From the NCBI GenBank assembly GCA_002723415.1, contig PBOA01000033.1, positions 4,752-68,751 on the forward strand: a stretch of 64,000 nucleotides of DNA, read 5' to 3'. The position numbers were made by a program, and so were the translations under genes. The stretch is from Chloroflexota bacterium (lineage in GTDB: Bacteria > Chloroflexota > Dehalococcoidia > Lucifugimonadales > GCA-002723415). A model generated the notes under the pieces. It worked only from the letters and a program-made list of their open reading frames with translations, had not been told where the DNA came from and searched no databases. Shown here piece by piece: positions 19,505 through 29,803 of this stretch. How positions within the stretch are numbered: the stretch's first letter is position 1; the number at the start of each line of letters is the position of its first letter.

Positions 19505-19865
19505 ATTCATATAAACTGACTGCAACATAAGAAATTTCACTTCCCTCAATAGGGGGGTTCATTTTTCTCACTTCAACAAATATTGATTTAATTTTAGGAA
19601 TTAATAATAATTCTGAAATAATTTTATCTGCTATTGTTTCTAACAAATTATAACTGTAACTTAGAACTATATCTTTAACTATATTATAAATATGCTCATA
19701 ATCAATTGTATCTTTAATTAGGTCAGATTCAAATACTTTATCTAAAACACATTCCATTTCTAAATTTATAGAAAAATACTGCCCCTCAATTTTTTCGTTT
19801 TCATAAACTCCATGATGAGCAAAAAATCTAATATCTTTCAACATGATTTTTACTAGTTTACTCAA
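19491..19865 (-). CDS. folB: Dihydroneopterin aldolase
   Basis: HHGV...E...GQ.F, DTIDY, LLETIA, V.K..PP. Confidence 0.93.
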   Translation of the reverse strand: MSKLVKIMLKDIRFFAHHGVYENEKIEGQYFSINLEMECVLDKVFESDLIKDTIDYEHIYNIVKDIVLSYSYNLLETIADKIISELLLIPKIKSIFVEVRKMNPPIEGSEISYVAVSLYESKNS

Positions 19866-19867
19866 GA

Positions 19868-20734
19868 TTATTTCCCTTCAAATATTTTTAAATTTTCCAA
19901 AACCTTTTTTGCTCTTTCAACTACAGGAATATCAATCATTTGACCTTTAAATGACGTAGACCCATGACCATTTTTTTCAGCATCTTTAAAAGTTTCAATA
20001 ACATGTTTTGCATTTTCAATTTCTTCTTCAGATGGGTAAAATTCTTTGTCTATTATTTCAACTTGAGATGGATGAATAGCAAATTTACCTGAATAACCTA
20101 ATCGTTTAACAATATGTATATCTTTCCTTAAACCTTCAGAATCCTTGAAATTTGTATAAGGTGTATCAAGTGCTTCTATTCCAGCAGCTTTGGCAGCAAT
20201 AACTATTAATTTACGAGGATAATCAATTTCGAACCCATCAATAGATCTCTTTACTCCAATGTCATTAGTAAAATCTTCAGCTCCAAATGCAACAGCTTTT
20301 ATTCGCAAAGAACTCCTACATATTTCAAAGGCATTAAAAACTCCTAAAGCAGTTTCAATCCAGGGTATAATTTTTATACTAGATTGCTTGATTTTCTTCA
20401 AGGCTTCATATTTATCTAATATATTTGAAACATTTTTAATATCTTCAACAGTATTAATTTTCCCAACAGATATACCATATATTTTGTGATTTAATACAGC
20501 TCTAACATCTTCTTCAAAAAAACCCGAATTTAATGAGTTCACTCTAGGTATAACTATGTTATTTTTAATAGTCATATTTGGCAAAAATCCTTCTATAATA
20601 TTTCTAGCCTCATCTTTTCTATTAATAGGAACAGAATCTTCCATATCTGGAATATAAACATCTGGCGAAATAGTTAATGATTTTTCTAACATGTTGATTC
20701 TATTACCTGGAATAAACATTAAACTTCTAAACAT
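19868..20734 (-). CDS. CitE/HpcH-family CoA ester lyase
   Basis: RSLMFIPG, DMEDSV, RVN, IETA.G, FGAEDF, GK.AIHPSQ, G.MID.P. Confidence 0.9.
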   Translation of the reverse strand: MFRSLMFIPGNRINMLEKSLTISPDVYIPDMEDSVPINRKDEARNIIEGFLPNMTIKNNIVIPRVNSLNSGFFEEDVRAVLNHKIYGISVGKINTVEDIKNVSNILDKYEALKKIKQSSIKIIPWIETALGVFNAFEICRSSLRIKAVAFGAEDFTNDIGVKRSIDGFEIDYPRKLIVIAAKAAGIEALDTPYTNFKDSEGLRKDIHIVKRLGYSGKFAIHPSQVEIIDKEFYPSEEEIENAKHVIETFKDAEKNGHGSTSFKGQMIDIPVVERAKKVLENLKIFEGK

Positions 20735-20822
20735 ATATCTCCTTTGTCCTAAAATGGTATAGTAAGATCATATAACTTTAATTTAAACCAATTATAAGTT
20801 TAAATCAAACTACAAATAAATT

Positions 20823-21617
20823 ATGCATAAAAAAATTAATAATCAATCAAACAAAATACCTTACCTAGAAATTATAGGTATTACAGGTATCCCTGAAATA
20901 AAATTTAATGATAATTTAGCAGAAATCATCATATCCAAATCACAAAAACAAGGAACCCCTATAATAGCAAAAGACATTATTATAATAACTCAAAAAATTG
21001 TTTCTAAATCAGAAGGTCAAATAATAAATTTAAACAGTATTAAACCTTCTAAATATTCAATAAATCTAGCATCTAAAATAAATAAAGACCCAAGACTTGT
21101 TGAATTAATAATATCTGAAAGTAAATCAATTATTCGTATTGACACAAAGAGAAGTATACTAATAACAGAAACTAAACAAGGCTTCATATGTGCTAATGCT
21201 GGTATAGATAATTCAAATATTCCAGGAAATAATAATGTATCATTGTTGCCCAAAAACCCAGATGAATCCGCAAAAAACATATGTTCAAATATTGCTAATT
21301 TATTAAATCATATACCTATATCTGTAATCATTACTGATACTTTTGGAAGGGCTTGGAGAAAAGGACAAGTAAATTTTGCAATCGGAACATCAAATATAGA
21401 ACCTCTATTCGATTATACTAATCAACAAGATTCTCAAGGTAAAGTACTTAAAAATACTAATATTTGTACAGTTGATGAATTAGCATCCGCTGCAGAATTA
21501 GTTAATTTTAAATTAGATAAAATACCAGTTTCTATAATTAGAAATTATCCTTATTCAGTATCTCGCTTAGGCGCCCAAGAAATAATCAGACCAAAAAATG
21601 AAGACTTGTTTAGGTAA
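20823..21617 (+). CDS. cofE: Coenzyme F420-0:L-glutamate ligase
   Basis: QKIVSKSEG, ANAGID.SN, LP..PD.SA, DTFGR.WR.G, DELA.AA.L, R....DLFR. Confidence 0.93.
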   Translation: MHKKINNQSNKIPYLEIIGITGIPEIKFNDNLAEIIISKSQKQGTPIIAKDIIIITQKIVSKSEGQIINLNSIKPSKYSINLASKINKDPRLVELIISESKSIIRIDTKRSILITETKQGFICANAGIDNSNIPGNNNVSLLPKNPDESAKNICSNIANLLNHIPISVIITDTFGRAWRKGQVNFAIGTSNIEPLFDYTNQQDSQGKVLKNTNICTVDELASAAELVNFKLDKIPVSIIRNYPYSVSRLGAQEIIRPKNEDLFR

Positions 21618-21642
21618 AATTCTTTTCAATATAACTAATTAG

Positions 21643-22746
21643 TTATTGAATTAAAAAATCGCTAATCAAATCCCCCATTTTCGTAGTTGATATAGGTTTT
21701 TCTCCTTTTAAAACTATATCTTTAGTCCTATAACCTAAAGACAGTATAGTCTCTATAGTTTTATAAATTTCTTGAGATTCTTTTTGTAATCCAAAAGAAT
21801 AATTTAACATTAATGCAACACTTAAAATCATCCCTATAGGGTTAGCAATACCCTTACCTGCTATATCAGGAGCAGTGCCATGAATCGGCTCATATAATGA
21901 AGTTTTTATTTTTTTTGATTTATTATCAGTATTTAAAAATGATAAACTAGCAGATGGTATCATACCCATAGAGCCAGACAAGACTGAAGCTTCGTCAGTC
22001 AATATATCTCCAAAAGTATTTTCAGAAACAATAACATCAAATTTAGAAGGGTTTTGAATTAACTGCATAGACGCATTATCTACAAGAATATGCTCTAATT
22101 CTACACCGGGATAATCTTTAGATATTTCTGAAGCAATTTGCCTCCATAATCGACCTGTTTCTAAAACATTTGCTTTATCTATAGATGCTAGCTTTTTATC
22201 TCTTGTTAATGCAAGTTCAAATCCAATTTTCAAAATTCTTTTTATTTCATATTCTGAATAAATTAATGTATCTACTGCATTACGCTCTTCAGATGTAATC
22301 CAACGTTTTTTTGGTGATCCAAAATAAAGACCTCCAGTCAATTCTCTAACAACTATTATATCAACTCCATTTAATAATTCTGATTTAATAGGACTTGTAT
22401 CTATTAAAGATTTAAAAACTTTAATCGGTCTTAAATTTGCAAATAAATCTAATGATTTACGTAAAAATAAAATCCCATCTTCAGGTCTTGATTTTGCTTC
22501 GGGATCATCCCATTTTGGACCTCCAACAGCACCAAAAAGAATAGCATCAGAATTATCTATTGTTGTAAGTGTTTCTTCAGGTATAGGATTTGAGTATTTG
22601 TCAATTGCGCCCCCTCCTATATCACCATAAATTAAATGAAAAGAATGTCCAAATTTTTTTCCAATTACTTTTAAGACTTTTACTGCTTCAGAAATTACTT
22701 CTGGACCAATTCCATCCCCCGGCAATATTGCAATCTTAAAATCCAT
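21643..22746 (-). CDS. leuB: 3-isopropylmalate dehydrogenase
   Basis: GDGIGPEV, GGPKWD...RPE, RELTGGLYFG, DKANVL, FGDILTD, EP.HG.APDI. Confidence 0.95.
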   Translation of the reverse strand: MDFKIAILPGDGIGPEVISEAVKVLKVIGKKFGHSFHLIYGDIGGGAIDKYSNPIPEETLTTIDNSDAILFGAVGGPKWDDPEAKSRPEDGILFLRKSLDLFANLRPIKVFKSLIDTSPIKSELLNGVDIIVVRELTGGLYFGSPKKRWITSEERNAVDTLIYSEYEIKRILKIGFELALTRDKKLASIDKANVLETGRLWRQIASEISKDYPGVELEHILVDNASMQLIQNPSKFDVIVSENTFGDILTDEASVLSGSMGMIPSASLSFLNTDNKSKKIKTSLYEPIHGTAPDIAGKGIANPIGMILSVALMLNYSFGLQKESQEIYKTIETILSLGYRTKDIVLKGEKPISTTKMGDLISDFLIQ

Positions 22747-22769
22747 TTAAACCCTCCATTTAAACCATA

Positions 22770-25241
22770 TTATTTAACAACACAATTAATTAATTTATCT
22801 TTTATATATATAATTTTTATTATATCTTTATCTAACATATAGTATTTAATTCTTTCACTTTCTAATGCCATTTTTTTTATTTCTTCTTCATTTAAATCTG
22901 ATGGTACTTCTATTTTGCCCCTAAACTTTCCATTTACTTGAATAACAATAGTTTTAGCATCTAATTCTAAATACTTTATATTCCATTCTGGCCATTTTTG
23001 ATCATGCACACTGTAATTATACCCTTGTAAACTCCATAATTCCTCTGACATATGTGGCGCAAATGGAGCAATCATAAGAATAAAATTCATCTTAATTTCA
23101 TTCCAAATACCCGCATTAAAAGATTTTGTATTTATTTTTTCATTTATCCAATTTGTAAATTCCATTAAAGAAGCTAACGATGTATTAAATTTAAACTTTT
23201 CTAAATCTTCTGTAACTTTTCTAATAGTCTTATTAATTATATATCTAGATTCTTTGTCTAATTTATCATCTTTATTGTTAGAAATAAAAACACTTATGTC
23301 TTTATTAAAGATTTCCCATATTCTATTAATCCATCTAGACATTCCTCTAAGTCCACTATCAGACCATTCACCTCCTTGATCCCAAGGCCCTATGAACATT
23401 AAGTAACACCTAACTACATCAGATCCTACTTGGTTAACATATTCATCTGGAGAAACAACATTCCCTCTTGATTTACTCATTTTTTGACTTCCAGAGATTA
23501 TATGACCTTGGTTAAATAATTTTTTAAATGGTTCATCAAATTCAATCAACCCTAAATCTCTTAAAGCTTTAACAAAAAACCTAGCATATAAAAGATGCAT
23601 AACTGCATGCTCAGCACCTCCTGTATATTGATCAACTGGACCCCATTCTAAAATTTTATCTTTATCAAAAATACCCTGCGAATAATTAGGACTTAAATAC
23701 CTAAAGAAGTACCATGAAGAATCTACAAAAGTATCCATAGTATCTGTTTCTCTTTTTGCCTTTGAATCACATTTAGGGCATATAGTATTTACAAAGTCTA
23801 TACTAGTAGACAATGGAGATTCTCCTGTAGGTAAAAATTCAGCATTTTCTGGTAATACTACAGGCAAATCTTCTTCAGGAACAGGCACAATCCCACAACT
23901 ATCACAATAAATAATTGGTATAGGAGTTCCCCAATAACGTTGTCTAGATATCAACCAGTCCCTCATCTTATAATTTATTGCCCTTTTACCATAGGTTTTA
24001 TTTTCAATATAATCTGCAATTTGTTTTTTTGCTTCAATATTTGACAAACCATCAAATTCACCAGAGTTAACCATAATACCATCAGCAAGATACGCTTCAT
24101 CTAAATTCTCACCTTCTATTAAAGAATTTTTAACCACCAATTTAATATCTAAATCATATTTTTTTGCAAAATCATAATCTCTTTGATCATGTGCAGGAAC
24201 ACCCATTACAACCCCAGTCCCATAACTTAAAAGAACGTAATCAGCAACAAAAATTGGTATATTTTCTCCATTTAATCTGTTAATACAATAAGAACCGGTA
24301 AAGACACCTGTTTTTTCTTTATCCGTAGACAATCTTTCAATTTCTGAAGATTTACTTGCTTCGTAAATATAAGATTGAACAACATCTATATTGTCTGAAG
24401 TAGTCAATTTATTTACTAAAGGATGTTCTGGTGCTATAACTATAAAAGTAACTCCAAATATTGTATCTATCCTAGTCGTAAATGTGTTTATAAATTCTTG
24501 ATCTAAAAGATGATGTCTAATATCAAAACTTATCTCAACTCCTTCACTTTTACCAATCCAATTATTTTGCATTAATTTAACTTTTTCTGGCCAATCGTTT
24601 TTTGATTGATCTAATAGCTCTTCAGCATATTTAGTAATTTGCAAAAACCATTGATTCAAATCACGTTTTACTACTTCAGTATCACATCTTTCACACAAAC
24701 CGTTATCTAAAACTTGTTCATTAGCTAAAACAGTATTACATGAATTACACCAATTAGCTGGAGCAAAAGTCCTATAGGCTAAACCTTTTTCATACATTTT
24801 TAAAAAAATCCATTGATTCCATTTATAATACTCAGGATTACATGTAACAATCTCTCTATCCCAATCATATATTGTCCCCATAGATTTCAATTGACGACGC
24901 ATATTTTCAATATTTTTCATTGTCCATTGATATGGATGTATACCATGTTTTATGGCAGCATTTTCTGCTGGCAATCCAAACGCATCAAAACCCATAGGAT
25001 GTAGAACATTATATCCTTGCATCCTACGAAATCTTGCTCTAGTATCAGAAGGTGTCATAGCATACCAATGGCCAATATGCATATCTCCAGATGGATACGG
25101 ATACATTGTTAATTCATACCATTTTGGTTTATTAACTTTATCATTTACCCTATATAATTTATCTCTAAACCATTTATCTTGCCATTTTTTTTCTATTTTT
25201 TGATAAGGATAACGATCTGCAAGCAAATCAGATGATTCCAT
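22770..25241 (-). CDS. leuS: Leucine--tRNA ligase
   Basis: PYPSG..HIGH, DAFGLPAENAA, SRQRYWG.PIP, KMSKS. Confidence 0.98.
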   Translation of the reverse strand: MESSDLLADRYPYQKIEKKWQDKWFRDKLYRVNDKVNKPKWYELTMYPYPSGDMHIGHWYAMTPSDTRARFRRMQGYNVLHPMGFDAFGLPAENAAIKHGIHPYQWTMKNIENMRRQLKSMGTIYDWDREIVTCNPEYYKWNQWIFLKMYEKGLAYRTFAPANWCNSCNTVLANEQVLDNGLCERCDTEVVKRDLNQWFLQITKYAEELLDQSKNDWPEKVKLMQNNWIGKSEGVEISFDIRHHLLDQEFINTFTTRIDTIFGVTFIVIAPEHPLVNKLTTSDNIDVVQSYIYEASKSSEIERLSTDKEKTGVFTGSYCINRLNGENIPIFVADYVLLSYGTGVVMGVPAHDQRDYDFAKKYDLDIKLVVKNSLIEGENLDEAYLADGIMVNSGEFDGLSNIEAKKQIADYIENKTYGKRAINYKMRDWLISRQRYWGTPIPIIYCDSCGIVPVPEEDLPVVLPENAEFLPTGESPLSTSIDFVNTICPKCDSKAKRETDTMDTFVDSSWYFFRYLSPNYSQGIFDKDKILEWGPVDQYTGGAEHAVMHLLYARFFVKALRDLGLIEFDEPFKKLFNQGHIISGSQKMSKSRGNVVSPDEYVNQVGSDVVRCYLMFIGPWDQGGEWSDSGLRGMSRWINRIWEIFNKDISVFISNNKDDKLDKESRYIINKTIRKVTEDLEKFKFNTSLASLMEFTNWINEKINTKSFNAGIWNEIKMNFILMIAPFAPHMSEELWSLQGYNYSVHDQKWPEWNIKYLELDAKTIVIQVNGKFRGKIEVPSDLNEEEIKKMALESERIKYYMLDKDIIKIIYIKDKLINCVVK

Positions 25242-25275
25242 TTTCTATTTCTCCAACATTTTAAAATATTTAAAA

Positions 25276-26349
25276 TTAATATAAATCTTTAATATATTCA
25301 ACTACTGAGTTTCCAACCTCAGATGTAGATGATGTACCTCCTAAATCTTTAGTTAAACTATTCCCCTCACTAATTAACTGTTCTACTGCTTTTTGCATAA
25401 TTAAAGATAGTTTTTTTTCTCCTAAATGAGATAACATCATAGCTCCAGAAAAAATCGCAGCCATAGGATTCGCTATTCCTTCATTTACAATATCAGGGGC
25501 ACTACCATGAACAGGTTCAAACATAGAAGGATATTTATATGAAGGGTCAATATTTCCACTCGGAGCTAATCCCATACTCCCAGTAATAATTGCACCAATA
25601 TCAGTTAAAATGTCTCCAAATAAATTACTCGCAACTACCACATCAAATGTTTCTGGTTTACGGATAAAATCCATACATGCAGCATCAACTAATAAAGATT
25701 CAGTTTTTATATCTGGATAATTTTTAGAAATATTTTTAAACGCTCTATCCCATACAACCATTCCAAAACCCTGTGCATTAGATTTTGTCACCGAAGTTAC
25801 TAATTTTTTATTCCCTCTTTTACGTGCCAGTTCAAAAGCATAAGTTATTGCTCTTTCACACCCTCTTCTAGTAAAGATACCAGTTTGAATACCAATTTCA
25901 TTAGAATCTCCAAAATATTGAAACCCCCCAATATTAGCATATTCTCCTTCAGTATTTTCTCTTATAACTATAAAGTCTATTTGACCAGCTTGATATCCTT
26001 TAAGAGGGGAGTCTATCCCTTCATATAATATTGATGGACGCTCACATATATATTGGTCAAATTGCCTCCTTATTGGTAATAACAACCCGTTTAAAGTAAT
26101 ATGATCTTGTAATTCAGGATGTCCAACTGCACCTAAATATATTGAATCAAAATTAGCCAATTTTTCAAGTGCATCATCAGGCATCATAAATCCATTTTTA
26201 AAATAATAATCTGAACCCCAATTAAATTCAGTAAAAGAAAAATTTAAATTGCTTTTTTTTGAAATATAATTTAAAACTTTCAATCCTTCTTCAATTACTT
26301 CAGGCCCTATACCATCACCTCTTATAACTGCAATATTATATTTAGACAT
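25276..26349 (-). CDS. Tartrate/D-malate dehydrogenase (decarboxylating) family
   Basis: RRQFDQY, RENTEGEY, TKSNA, SNLFGDILTD, PSMFEPVHGSAPDI, characteristic of the TtuC/DmlA branch. Confidence 0.8.
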   Translation of the reverse strand: MSKYNIAVIRGDGIGPEVIEEGLKVLNYISKKSNLNFSFTEFNWGSDYYFKNGFMMPDDALEKLANFDSIYLGAVGHPELQDHITLNGLLLPIRRQFDQYICERPSILYEGIDSPLKGYQAGQIDFIVIRENTEGEYANIGGFQYFGDSNEIGIQTGIFTRRGCERAITYAFELARKRGNKKLVTSVTKSNAQGFGMVVWDRAFKNISKNYPDIKTESLLVDAACMDFIRKPETFDVVVASNLFGDILTDIGAIITGSMGLAPSGNIDPSYKYPSMFEPVHGSAPDIVNEGIANPMAAIFSGAMMLSHLGEKKLSLIMQKAVEQLISEGNSLTKDLGGTSSTSEVGNSVVEYIKDLY

Positions 26350-26360
26350 ATATTCTCCAT

Positions 26361-26840
26361 TTACTTTTTTCTCGCATATTCAAAAGATTTAATTGCAAGA
26401 AAACTTACATCTTTAGGTATTAATTCAAGTGAGCCGCTTGGGGTCATTAATGGCATTTCCTTCAATATATCTACTTTATCTACCCAAATCCAGCCAGGTT
26501 TTAATGTATTCTGTCTTTCAATTAATTTACAAAAATATATCATATCTATATGATTATGATCCCCCATAATTTTATCGGAAATTTTTTCTACCATAATAGT
26601 AAACGGAGGTTCAATTTGCACAGGATCATTAAAATCTAATTTTTCCCTAGTACTCAATATTTCTACTTTCAGACCAGTTTCTTCAAAAATTTCTCTTAGC
26701 ACAGCTTCAACTGGGTCCTCATTAACTTCTATATGACCTCCAGGAGGTAACCATGCCGAAACCTTAGGATGCCAATGAAGTAAAACAGCATTAGAATCCA
26801 CAACAAATCCAGTCGCAGTAAAATGTCGTATATTGCTCAT
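26361..26840 (-). CDS. NUDIX hydrolase
   Basis: RHFTAT, LL..H.K...WLPPGGH.E..EDP..A..RE..EETG Nudix box; ATG at 26840 with GAGG RBS. Confidence 0.9.
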   Translation of the reverse strand: MSNIRHFTATGFVVDSNAVLLHWHPKVSAWLPPGGHIEVNEDPVEAVLREIFEETGLKVEILSTREKLDFNDPVQIEPPFTIMVEKISDKIMGDHNHIDMIYFCKLIERQNTLKPGWIWVDKVDILKEMPLMTPSGSLELIPKDVSFLAIKSFEYARKK

Positions 26841-26866
26841 AAACAGATCCTCAACCAAGAGTAGTA

Positions 26867-26939
26867 TGGCCCCAACGGAATTCGAATCCGTGTTTGCGCC
26901 TTGAAAGGGCGCTGTCCTAGGCCTCTAGACGATGGGGCC
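26867..26939 (-). tRNA. tRNA-Glu (TTC), CCA not encoded
   Basis: GGCCCCATCGTCTAGAGGCCTAGGACAGCGCCCTTTCAAGGCGCAAACACGGATTCGAATTCCGTTGGGGCCA: acceptor stem GGCCCCA/TGGGGCC, anticodon loop CTTTCAA, T-loop TTCGAAT. Confidence 0.97.
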
Positions 26940-26970
26940 AAAAAATAAGAATATATAAATTATAATTGTT

Positions 26971-28005
26971 TTATGGGTATATAGCCAACTGTTTTAAGCC
27001 CTCATCTTCATTAAATCCACACATTATATTCATATTTTGCACTGCTTGGCCTGCAGCACCTTTAACCAAGTTGTCTATAGCACTAATAACAATTATCTTT
27101 CTTGATTCATTATCTAAATATGGATATATAATACAATTATTTGAACCTAAAGTTTGTTTAGTCATAGGAGAAAAATCACTAATTTGAACGAATGGATGTG
27201 TTGAGTAAAAATCTTTATATAATTCCAAAAGTTCTACTTGCCCATTATCTCCTTCCTTTAAAGTACTGTCTATAACAGAGGTATAACAAGTAGCTAATAT
27301 ACCTCTAACCATAGGAGCTAAATGAGGCACAAAAGTTATTTTATTATTTATATTAGGATTAATAAAATCTAACTCTTGTTTAATCTCAGGCATATGACGA
27401 TGATTATTAGTTGAATATGCTAGCATATTCTCTGTCATTTCAGAAAAATGAGTTTTTAGTGATAATGACCTACCTGCACCAGAAACTCCAGATTTTGCAT
27501 CAATAATAATGTCCTCGTTAATAATATTGTTTTTAACTAAAGGAGCTAAAGCTAATATAGACGCAGTAGGATAACATCCAGGATTAGCTACAATATTTGC
27601 AGATAAAATTTCTTCTCTATATATTTCTGGTAAACCATAAACTGATTCATTTAACATATTTGGATATACATGATCATAATCATACCAAATCTTATAAAGC
27701 TCTTTATTTTTTAATCTAAAATCTGCACTTATATCAACAATTTTGATATTTTTATCAAAATATTTATTTAAACTTTCAGCACTCGCTAAATGTGGTAAAG
27801 CAGAAAATACAAATTCAACATTAGAATCTAATTCTTCAGTTATTGTTAAATTAATCTTAGAAAGATGGGGGAATACATCTCCAATTTTTTTACCCACCGA
27901 ACTTCTTCCAGTTATAGAAACTATATCTATTTCATTATGTTGATTTAAAATACGAGCTAATTCAGATCCAGCATAACCCGTAGCATTTATTATCCCTACT
28001 TTCAT
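26971..28005 (-). CDS. argC: N-acetyl-gamma-glutamyl-phosphate reductase
   Basis: ATGYAG.EL, ANPGCYPTA, SGVSGAGR, HRH.PE, DNLVKGAAGQAVQN. Confidence 0.97.
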   Translation of the reverse strand: MKVGIINATGYAGSELARILNQHNEIDIVSITGRSSVGKKIGDVFPHLSKINLTITEELDSNVEFVFSALPHLASAESLNKYFDKNIKIVDISADFRLKNKELYKIWYDYDHVYPNMLNESVYGLPEIYREEILSANIVANPGCYPTASILALAPLVKNNIINEDIIIDAKSGVSGAGRSLSLKTHFSEMTENMLAYSTNNHRHMPEIKQELDFINPNINNKITFVPHLAPMVRGILATCYTSVIDSTLKEGDNGQVELLELYKDFYSTHPFVQISDFSPMTKQTLGSNNCIIYPYLDNESRKIIVISAIDNLVKGAAGQAVQNMNIMCGFNEDEGLKQLAIYP

Positions 28006-28072
28006 TTAATCTCCACAAAATAAAAACTATATATAGAAATAGAATACTATTATACATTAAAAAATCAAATTA

Positions 28073-28753
28073 TTATTGTTTCGACGGGCAAATTGTATTT
28101 AAAACACATTCCCCACATTTAGGATTTCTTGCATTGCAAATTTGTCTTCCATGATTAATAAGATTCATATGAAAAGAAAATATTTTTTTTGGCATTATCA
28201 TTTCTTCTAAAATTTCATGCGCATCGTCTGCATTTACTTTATTATCAATAAAATCTAATCTCTTTGAAAGTCGGAAAATATGTGTGTCTACTGGCATTAC
28301 AGGCATCCCAAAAGAAAAACATAAAACTATCGCAGCAGTTTTAGGACCAATTCCAGGTAAGGATTTAAGCCATGATTTAGCAGCAATTATATCCATTTCT
28401 GATAAAAAAGAAATATCAAAAGAACCAATGTCTAGATAAATAATTTTAAGCACTTCTTTTATTCTTGAGGCCTTTATTTTAGCGAGACCTCCTGTATAAA
28501 TCTGAGCCTCTATATCTTCAATTGGTGCATCTTTTATTAATTCAAATGATTTAAATTTTTTTATTAAATTATTAAATGCTCTTATAGAATTAATATCAGA
28601 AGTATGCTGAGATAATATTGTATATATCAATTCGGACATAGGATCTCTTCTGAGTTCCCATTCAATCTCACCATATTTTTCTTCCAAAAGCTGTATAGCC
28701 ATATTTATTTTCTTAATTCTTGACTTAATTTTTTTTGAAGTATTAATAGACAA
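28073..28753 (-). CDS. nth: Endonuclease III (HhH-GPD, 4Fe-4S)
   Basis: LSQ.T.D, LPGIGPKTA, PVDTH, Cx6Cx2Cx5CP. Confidence 0.92.
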   Translation of the reverse strand: MSINTSKKIKSRIKKINMAIQLLEEKYGEIEWELRRDPMSELIYTILSQHTSDINSIRAFNNLIKKFKSFELIKDAPIEDIEAQIYTGGLAKIKASRIKEVLKIIYLDIGSFDISFLSEMDIIAAKSWLKSLPGIGPKTAAIVLCFSFGMPVMPVDTHIFRLSKRLDFIDNKVNADDAHEILEEMIMPKKIFSFHMNLINHGRQICNARNPKCGECVLNTICPSKQ

Positions 28754-28800
28754 TTATGACCTCATTTTGCATTTATAATTTACAAACATTTATAATTTAA

Positions 28801-29784
28801 TTGATATATAATAATAAATTAATTATATATCAATATCTATTAAGGTTATTTAACTTGGATGTAATAAATTTAATAAACAATATATCTAATGATAATATCC
28901 CTTACAAACATTCGGATTTAATTCATATTTCTAATATTGATAGTAACCAATTAAAAATATTTCTGAAAGCATGGAAAGATATTCCTAAAACACGTAAATT
29001 AGACTTACTAAGAAAATTCATCTTCTTATCTGAGGAAAATATTGAATTAGACTTTTCACAAATATTTATAAATCTTTTAAATGATAAGAATTCTGAAGTC
29101 ATTAAACTATCTCTCGAAGGTTTGTGGGAATATGAAGGCAGGGAAATCATTGATCCTATTATTAATTTAACTCATAAAAATCATACTAACGAGGTCAGAA
29201 TATCGGCTATAGCACTTTTAGGAACATTCATTGTTCACGCATTAGACAAAAAAATCATTCAAAGAGACGCAAACAAAATTGCTAATCAACTAAAGTCAAT
29301 ATTTAAAAATGAAAAAGATTTAAATATTCAAGCTCAAGCCCTAGAAGCTATGTCTCCATATAAAGATAATGAAACAAACTTACTAATAAATCAAGCTTAT
29401 AAATCTGATTATAATACATTAAAAAAAAGTGCGATTTTTTCTATGGGTCAATCCAACGACGAAACATGGCTATCCAATATATTATCTGAATTGAAATCAA
29501 ATAACCTTAGTTTTAGATTTGAAGCTATAAATGCATATGCTAAGCTTTGCAATTCTAATAACATTTCCCCCATATCAAATCTCTTAACAGATGATGAACA
29601 AGAAATTCGACTAGCATCATTAAATGCTATAGGTATAATTGGTGGAGAAAACGCAAAAAAATTATTGAGAAAAGCCTCAAAAAGCACCGATTCTATTTTA
29701 TCTAAAACAGCAACCGAAATTTTAAAAAATATATCTTTCGAAGAAAATTCTTCAATATTTTCCCAAGCAGAAATAAATTTATAA
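28801..29784 (+). CDS. HEAT repeat protein (true start probably further downstream)
   Basis: Repeated L.D....VR..A..ALG units. Confidence 0.8.
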   Translation: MIYNNKLIIYQYLLRLFNLDVINLINNISNDNIPYKHSDLIHISNIDSNQLKIFLKAWKDIPKTRKLDLLRKFIFLSEENIELDFSQIFINLLNDKNSEVIKLSLEGLWEYEGREIIDPIINLTHKNHTNEVRISAIALLGTFIVHALDKKIIQRDANKIANQLKSIFKNEKDLNIQAQALEAMSPYKDNETNLLINQAYKSDYNTLKKSAIFSMGQSNDETWLSNILSELKSNNLSFRFEAINAYAKLCNSNNISPISNLLTDDEQEIRLASLNAIGIIGGENAKKLLRKASKSTDSILSKTATEILKNISFEENSSIFSQAEINL

Positions 29785-29803
29785 TTAAATAAGCAAAATA
29801 TTA

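Noticed and set aside
25242-25275. T-box or attenuator upstream of leuS (also checked valS 17174-17317)
   Set aside because: The leuS gap is only 34 nt, and no T-box consensus or GC-rich stems are visible in either leader.
26361-26939. Genomic island integrated at tRNA-Glu
   Set aside because: No integrase, no duplicated tRNA 3' end seen, and the flanking genes are housekeeping.
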